The translations under genes were made by a program, and so were the position numbers. The notes under the pieces were generated by a model. That model had not been told where the DNA came from, did no database searches, and was given only the letters and a program-made list of their open reading frames with translations. From Kangiella sp. (GTDB taxonomy: Bacteria > Pseudomonadota > Gammaproteobacteria > Enterobacterales > Kangiellaceae), in contig JBLWVK010000004.1 in assembly GCA_048268505.1 (NCBI GenBank), forward strand, positions 74,114-114,113: a DNA stretch of 40,000 nucleotides, written 5' to 3'. Shown piece after piece: positions 35,026 through 40,000 of this stretch; the first letter of the stretch is position 1, and every line of letters begins with the position of its first letter.

Positions 35026-36120
35026 CTAGTGAGTTTTGGTCGCGTCGTAGAATAGCGATTTGGCCGGTTGCTGCTCTTCAACTTTAGGCGTTTCTTCAAT
35101 CAGCTCTTCCTGATCCATCTCACGGCGCTCAGGCTGAATGCCCAAACGTTTGAACAACTGCATATCCGCTTCGGCTTCCGGGTTAGCAGTAGTCAGCAAT
35201 TTCTCACCATAGAAAATGGAGTTAGCGCCCGCCAGATAGCATAGAGTTTGGGTTTCCTGGTTCATGTCTTCGCGACCTGCAGACAGGCGTACATAAGACT
35301 GAGGCATCATGATTCGAGCAGTAGCAATCATGCGCACGAATTCAATCGAATCCAGTTTCTCAACGTCCCCCAATGGCGTTCCTTCAACAGCAACCAGCAT
35401 ATTGATGGGAACACTTTGCGGATGTTCTGGCATATTGGCCAACTGTTGCAACAAACCATAACGATCATTGGTTTGTTCACCCATACCAATAATGCCACCA
35501 CTGCACACATTAATGCCGGCATCGCGAACGTGCTGCAAAGTATCTAAACGATTTTTGTAGGTACGAGTGGTAATAATTTGCTGATAATATTCAGGCGATG
35601 TATCAAGATTGTGGTTGTAATAATCCAAACCCGCTTCAGCTAACTTTTGTGCCTGCTCATCGGTAAGCATGCCCAATGTCACGCAGGTTTCCAGGCCCAT
35701 ATCTTTAACCTGACGAACCATTTCCAGCACTACATCAAGATCTTTTTCACGTGGTGAACGCCAGGCCGCGCCCATACAAAAACGGGTCGCACCATTTTTC
35801 TTAGCTTGCTGAGCTTTGGTCACCACTTCTTCGACCGCCATTAACTGTTCCTTGGAAAGGCCTGTGTTGTAATGGCCAGACTGTGGGCAATAAGCGCAAT
35901 CTTCAGGACAAGCACCGGTTTTGATGCTCAATAAAGTGCTGGTTTGAACCTGATTAGGATTGAAATGCTGGCGATGAATATTCTGTGCAGCGAACAACAG
36001 ATCATTGAAAGGTTGGTTATAAATAGCTTCGACTTCTGCCAATGTCCAGTCATGGCGAACCTGACCACTATTCAATTTTTCTAAACTGGTTAATGTTTGA
36101 CCGTTATTTTGATTGCTCAT
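35026..36120 (-). CDS. bioB: biotin synthase
   Basis: Radical-SAM [11 protein letters not shown], then ...YNHNLDTS.... The C-terminal ~40 aa form an extension. Confidence 0.95.
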   Translation of the reverse strand: MSNQNNGQTLTSLEKLNSGQVRHDWTLAEVEAIYNQPFNDLLFAAQNIHRQHFNPNQVQTSTLLSIKTGACPEDCAYCPQSGHYNTGLSKEQLMAVEEVVTKAQQAKKNGATRFCMGAAWRSPREKDLDVVLEMVRQVKDMGLETCVTLGMLTDEQAQKLAEAGLDYYNHNLDTSPEYYQQIITTRTYKNRLDTLQHVRDAGINVCSGGIIGMGEQTNDRYGLLQQLANMPEHPQSVPINMLVAVEGTPLGDVEKLDSIEFVRMIATARIMMPQSYVRLSAGREDMNQETQTLCYLAGANSIFYGEKLLTTANPEAEADMQLFKRLGIQPERREMDQEELIEETPKVEEQQPAKSLFYDATKTH

Positions 36121-36205
36121 TATTTTAAAAACCCTTATAGTCTATGGCTTCGCGCACAGCAAGATTCAGGAAGAATAGCGTGAAGTTTACGGTTTCATCA
36201 CTCAC

Positions 36206-36237
36206 TGTCAACCAATTAAAGGGAATTATGGTTTACA
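36206..36237. promoter_or_regulatory. BirA-type biotin operator overlapping the bioB promoter
   Basis: TGTCAACC-N16-GGTTTACA, compared with E. coli bioO half-sites TGTAAACC-N16-GGTTTACA. On the minus strand the left half contains TTGACA (-35), then 16 bp, then TAAACT (plus 36184-36189) as the -10 for bioB. Confidence 0.7.
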
Positions 36238-36935
36238 ATCTATTTTCAATTGTTCGCAAGAATAATCCTCAAGACTCCGTCAATTGCTCCTTATGTGGCT
36301 TAGGAAGCGATTACTCGGGCTTTTGTGACCCCTGTCTTTCTGCGGTTCAACGCCAAGGTCAATACTGCCAGCAATGCGGTAATAGCCTTGGAAAACAACC
36401 GATTGGTGCTGTTTGCGGGCAGTGTCTTAAAAAGCCGCCCCGATACCAGACATTAATTGCAGCCACTCATTATGAGTTCCCGGTCAATCATGCCATCAGC
36501 GAAATGAAGTTTGAAAAACAACTGCATCATATTCGTAGTTTCAGCAACTTACTGCTTGATGAGCTGATTACCTATTATCAGGACATTCCGCTTCCTCAGG
36601 CCATTGTGCCCATTCCTCTGCACTCTAACCGCTTAAGAGAACGCGGCTTTAATCAATCACAACTGATTGCCAAACATCTGACTCGTAAATTAGCAATACC
36701 TATGCTCGAAGATGCACTGCTCCGTATTAAGGACACCCCGCATCAGATTGGGCTTAAAGCTATCGAGCGGCGGAAAAACCTGAAGCGTGCTTTTTCTGTC
36801 AAACAGGAACTACCCAAGCATATTGCCCTAGTTGATGATGTGGTCACCACCGGCTCGACCATTCAGGAAGCCTCCAAACAATGCCTAAAACATGGTGTTG
36901 ATCGCATTGATGTCTGGTGTCTGGCCAAGACCTGA
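36228..36935 (+). CDS. ComF family protein (amidophosphoribosyltransferase-like)
   Basis: N-terminal Cys clusters (CSLCG...CDPC...CQQCG...CGQC) and C-terminal PRTase motif ALVDDVVTTGST. I prefer the internal ATG at 36228 to the ORF-track start at 36144. Confidence 0.8.
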   Translation: MVYNLFSIVRKNNPQDSVNCSLCGLGSDYSGFCDPCLSAVQRQGQYCQQCGNSLGKQPIGAVCGQCLKKPPRYQTLIAATHYEFPVNHAISEMKFEKQLHHIRSFSNLLLDELITYYQDIPLPQAIVPIPLHSNRLRERGFNQSQLIAKHLTRKLAIPMLEDALLRIKDTPHQIGLKAIERRKNLKRAFSVKQELPKHIALVDDVVTTGSTIQEASKQCLKHGVDRIDVWCLAKT

Positions 36936-37047
36936 GCAGACTGAAATATTTGCAGCTCTGTATAAAGTTCTATATATTCACAAAAGTGTTAAATTTTTTG
37001 ACACTGCAATTAAAATCATATTGAAAACAATAAAATAGGAGCTTCTT

Positions 37048-37209
37048 ATGTCTGCAACTTTTACTATTCCCTGTCCTAAGTGTGGATCGGTATCAACCTT
37101 CAAAACTGGGGTTTCCAGAAGTGGTACAGGCATTGGTACCTGTCGTAATTGCCATAAATCTGTGCGCATTCAGGTTGATGGTAAAGGAAATATCGTAAGA
37201 ACTTCGTAA
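37048..37209 (+). CDS. 53-aa zinc-ribbon protein, absent from the ORF track because it is under 60 aa
   Basis: SD TAGGAG lies 6 nt before the ATG. The sequence is MSATFTIPCPKCGSVSTFKTGVSRSGTGIGTCRNCHKSVRIQVDGKGNIVRTS, with CPxC...CxxC. An 11-bp stem hairpin follows at 37225-37256. Confidence 0.6.
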   Translation: MSATFTIPCPKCGSVSTFKTGVSRSGTGIGTCRNCHKSVRIQVDGKGNIVRTS

Positions 37210-37355
37210 CTTTCTTATCCAACAACAGACAAATGCACATCCGTACATTTGTCTGTAAACCCTCCTGATCTCGATCAAGCCTCAACGCACATGTCTATTG
37301 TTAAATGAGTAAGCCACTCCTAAATTGGAATTATCATATTCACTGGAGCACTCTC

Positions 37356-37910
37356 ATGAACACAGAAATCTTCAATCGTCGTTCTCAGCTATTACACTGG
37401 GGACTGGCTCTTTTCGGGATTGCCGCCTGGCTTACTGGCGAAAATGCCGATGATGGCTTCAATACCAATGGATTCCTGTTGCATCTCTATCTTGGCCTTG
37501 CCGTGTTGGTGTTTATCCTGACCCGCTTTGTCGCGGGCTTTCTGACCACTGGCAAACTCAGCTTTAGAGGCTGGACGATATTTAACAAAAAGCAATGGCG
37601 GTTAGCAGCCGAAGATATTGGAAAACTGATTCGTTTGAAACTTCCGCATCGAAAGATACATGAAGGTATCGCCGGGTTGGTCCAATTCTCAGGTTTATTG
37701 CTGTTTTTATGGATGGCACTATCCGGTACAGCAATATTTTTGCTGCAAAACAGCGCTGGCTCTGCGGTGTTTGAAGCAGTGGAAGAAGGCCATGAGGTAG
37801 GAGAAGCACTGATCCCCCTATTCCTAATTCTGCACATTGGCGCCGTGATTGTGCACACCCTTAGCGGTGATCCTGTTTGGAAAAGCATGGTCAAGAAAAA
37901 CACTCCATAA
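37356..37910 (+). CDS. cytochrome b561 family (4-helix di-haem b-type cytochrome)
   Basis: ATG at 37356 follows the SD TGGAG. His residues occupy the expected helices (LLHWGLA, LLHLYLG, ILHIGAVIVH). Four TM helices. Confidence 0.7.
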   Translation: MNTEIFNRRSQLLHWGLALFGIAAWLTGENADDGFNTNGFLLHLYLGLAVLVFILTRFVAGFLTTGKLSFRGWTIFNKKQWRLAAEDIGKLIRLKLPHRKIHEGIAGLVQFSGLLLFLWMALSGTAIFLLQNSAGSAVFEAVEEGHEVGEALIPLFLILHIGAVIVHTLSGDPVWKSMVKKNTP

Positions 37911-37996
37911 TCAGTCTTCACAACTCTTTCATCTGAGCAGAGATAAAGTTTTAGGGTTTTTAACAAACTACTAAACCGATGTTGAGGATAATGATT

Positions 37997-38428
37997 ATGC
38001 TTGTGCAACTAACCTATGCTAGCCGAGTAAGCAGGACGCTAAGCTCAGATGATATCAAGAACATCCTGAGCAGCTCTCAAAAAAATAACAAAGCCGATGG
38101 TGTAACTGGTGCTTTGTGTTTATCGAATGGTATTTTTCTTCAAATACTGGAAGGTGATCGCCAAAAAGTAAATAAAGCCTACCATAAGATATTGGCTGAT
38201 GCTCGACACAAAGATCCAGCCATATTAGATTACAGAGAAGTGATTTCGCGCCAATTCAGCGAATGGTCAATGGGATTAATCACTCGATCTGATGATAACA
38301 GACAGCTTTTCTTAAAGTACTCTTCAAGCTCAGACTTTGACCCTTATAGTATGAGCGGTGAAACCTTAAGAGGCTTTTTCTCAGAAGTAGTCGATAACGT
38401 GCGTTGGCTGCGCAAAAGCCCAGATTAA
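37997..38428 (+). CDS. short BLUF-domain blue-light photoreceptor
   Basis: LVQLTYASR...DILSSSQKNNKADGVTGALCLSNGIFLQILEG...V...Y..I..D.RH...SEWSMG is a textbook BLUF core. The start is chosen 8 nt after the SD GAGGA; upstream ATGs lie at 37979 and 37991. Confidence 0.85.
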   Translation: MLVQLTYASRVSRTLSSDDIKNILSSSQKNNKADGVTGALCLSNGIFLQILEGDRQKVNKAYHKILADARHKDPAILDYREVISRQFSEWSMGLITRSDDNRQLFLKYSSSSDFDPYSMSGETLRGFFSEVVDNVRWLRKSPD

Positions 38429-38573
38429 AGAAACCTGGCAAGGACGCTACCACTTCAACTTTCAATTCGAAACTCAGCTTAAACAAGCTGTATGGAACAA
38501 AGCGCTCTGGCCCTTTGAGCAATACCTGATACAATGCGCATCATAAAATCCCACTGCGCTCGGACATCCCGCT

Positions 38574-39902
38574 TTGCTCAATAAAGACCGTTCACAACAA
38601 GTTCTGCAAATCTCACTGCCAATAGTCGGCGGTATGATTTCTCAGAATGTTTTGAATCTGGTTGATGCAGCGATGGTGGGAACTCAGGGCAGTGCTGCAA
38701 TTGCTGCCATTGGTATCGCTGGCTTTATAAATTTCATGGCAGTGGCCTTCTTTATCGGCTTTGCCGCAGGCGTACAGGCCATGGTTTCACGCCGCATGGG
38801 CGAAGGCCGACAAAGTGAAGCCGCCTATCCTTTGAATGCCGCACTGCTGATCATTAGTCTGATGGCATTACCGACTAGCATCATTCTATTTTTCCTGGCA
38901 CCCGACATTCTAAGTTCACTGAACAGTGATCCCGAATTATTAGAAGAAGGTATTCCCTACCTGCAGGCACGTTTTGCCGGTATTTTGGCGATTGGCCTCA
39001 ACTTCAGTTACCGTAGTTACTGGAGTGCCATTAAACAGACTGGTTATTACTTGCGTACTTTGCTGGTCATGCACTCATTAAATATTCTGCTCAATTATGC
39101 CCTGATCTTTGGTAACTTCGGTTTGCCAGAGTTGGGTACTTTAGGCGCAGGTATCGGCACCAGTATTTCCCTGGCCATGGGTTCCATTTACTATCACCTG
39201 CTGGCCACCAGACACACTAAGCAATTTGGTTACATGGAGCGTCTTGCCGCCTGGGCCACCATAAAATCCATCTTCAGAATTTCTTTCCCATCTTCGATTC
39301 AGCAACTTTTCTTTGCGGGTGGTTTTACTGCTTTATTCTGGATCATTGGCCAGGTAGGTACGCACCAACTGGCTGCTGCCAACGCCATTACTAACGTCAT
39401 GCTGGTGGCGATACTGCCCTGCATTGCCTTGGGAATTGGTGCTGCTACCATGGTCGGCCAGGCGCTGGGCAAGCAGGACCCCAACGATGCTTACCTGTGG
39501 GGCTGGGATGTTGCCAAGATGGCGCTGATTTTTGCTACCAGTCTGGCAGCCCTGTTCTTTATCTTTACCGACCCCATCATGGGCATCTTCCTCAAAGAAC
39601 AGACTGCTCTCGAAATTGCTCACTGGCCATTCAAGCTGTCCGCGGGCATCATCATCATTGATGCGATGGGACTGGTATTCCTCAATGCATTGAATGGCGC
39701 AGGCTACACCAAGCCGCCGATGTATGTGTCCCTGCTCTCTCAGTGGTTTATCTTCCTGCCGGTAGCCTGGTTGCTCGGCCCTTATTTTGGCTTTGGCCTG
39801 CTGACAATCTGGTTTGCTTACGCCGCCTACCGGGTGCTACAAACCGGTGCATTTATCTGGTTATGGCAACGCAGAACCTGGGCTAATGCGGTTGTTGATT
39901 AA
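38574..39902 (+). CDS. MATE family efflux transporter
   Basis: 442 aa with 12 TM helices. The N-terminus (...VLQISLPIVGGMISQNVLNLVDAAMVG) is typical of MATE/NorM-type proteins. The start is a TTG, so the exact start is uncertain. Confidence 0.8.
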   Translation: MLNKDRSQQVLQISLPIVGGMISQNVLNLVDAAMVGTQGSAAIAAIGIAGFINFMAVAFFIGFAAGVQAMVSRRMGEGRQSEAAYPLNAALLIISLMALPTSIILFFLAPDILSSLNSDPELLEEGIPYLQARFAGILAIGLNFSYRSYWSAIKQTGYYLRTLLVMHSLNILLNYALIFGNFGLPELGTLGAGIGTSISLAMGSIYYHLLATRHTKQFGYMERLAAWATIKSIFRISFPSSIQQLFFAGGFTALFWIIGQVGTHQLAAANAITNVMLVAILPCIALGIGAATMVGQALGKQDPNDAYLWGWDVAKMALIFATSLAALFFIFTDPIMGIFLKEQTALEIAHWPFKLSAGIIIIDAMGLVFLNALNGAGYTKPPMYVSLLSQWFIFLPVAWLLGPYFGFGLLTIWFAYAAYRVLQTGAFIWLWQRRTWANAVVD

Positions 39903-39910
39903 GCCCCGGC

Positions 39911-40000
39911 TTAAGACTCTTTTCGTAGCAGCAGGCTCACCACCACAAGGGTAAGTAAAACCGGTAAGTACCAGGCATATTGCACAGGTGCCACCGGCGA
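39911..40000 (-). CDS. C-terminal fragment of an unidentified (membrane?) protein entering from beyond the window
   Basis: Open frame on the minus strand reading ...SPVAPVQYAWYLPVLLTLVVVSLLLRKES*. Only 29 codons are visible. Confidence 0.3.
   Translation of the reverse strand, partial: SPVAPVQYAWYLPVLLTLVVVSLLLRKES

Noticed and set aside
36144-36227. The long version of comF starting at 36144.
   Set aside because: The extra 28 codons (MASRTARFRKNSVKF...) cover the bioB promoter and operator region and start 24 nt from the bioB ATG. ComF homologues begin shortly before the first Cys cluster, which fits the ATG at 36228.
36978-37285. Three minus-strand ORFs of 61-63 aa (36978-37169, 37093-37278, 37100-37285).
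   Set aside because: They overlap each other in different frames and lie antisense to a plus-strand zinc-ribbon ORF that has a good SD. None has its own SD.
37487-38008. 173-aa minus-strand ORF antisense to the cytochrome b561 gene.
   Set aside because: The plus-strand frame yields four clean TM helices with correctly placed haem-ligand histidines. The minus-strand product is Ser/Pro/Arg/Cys-rich with no recognisable features.

Overview
The window looks like chromosomal backbone of a marine-type gammaproteobacterium, roughly mid-40s % G+C by eye. Coding density is high. I found no transposase, integrase, phage gene, CRISPR array, tRNA or rRNA. Recognisable content falls into five groups. (1) A phosphate-starvation group: the pstC-pstA start, a divergent OprO/OprP-type porin, and an ExeM/NucH-type secreted nuclease, each preceded by PhoB-box-like direct repeats. 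(2) A DNA-maintenance group: ssb, uvrA, radA, dam and comF. (3) A bioBFHC...D biotin cluster with a BirA-type operator. (4) ettA, a class II DAHP synthase, dgkA, and MscS, BI-1, TerC, MFS and MATE membrane proteins. (5) A small BLUF / cytochrome b561 / zinc-ribbon cluster. The less ordinary items are listed here. (a) A tight three-gene cassette sits directly behind radA: a 410-aa protein with two C-terminal TM helices, an orphan solute-binding protein with an extra C-terminal domain, and an internally duplicated 7-TM protein. I cannot assign it to any described system. (b) A ~222-bp hairpin-rich noncoding element occurs twice in inverted orientation at ~94% identity, ~9.15 kb apart. A more divergent mosaic relative and other REP-like palindromes are also present. 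(c) A ~30% G+C islet carries a small membrane-protein gene. (d) A coiled-coil gene is inserted antisense inside the bio cluster. (e) A 53-aa zinc-ribbon ORF is missing from the ORF track. Every family assignment comes from reading motifs in the translations by eye. No database search was run.
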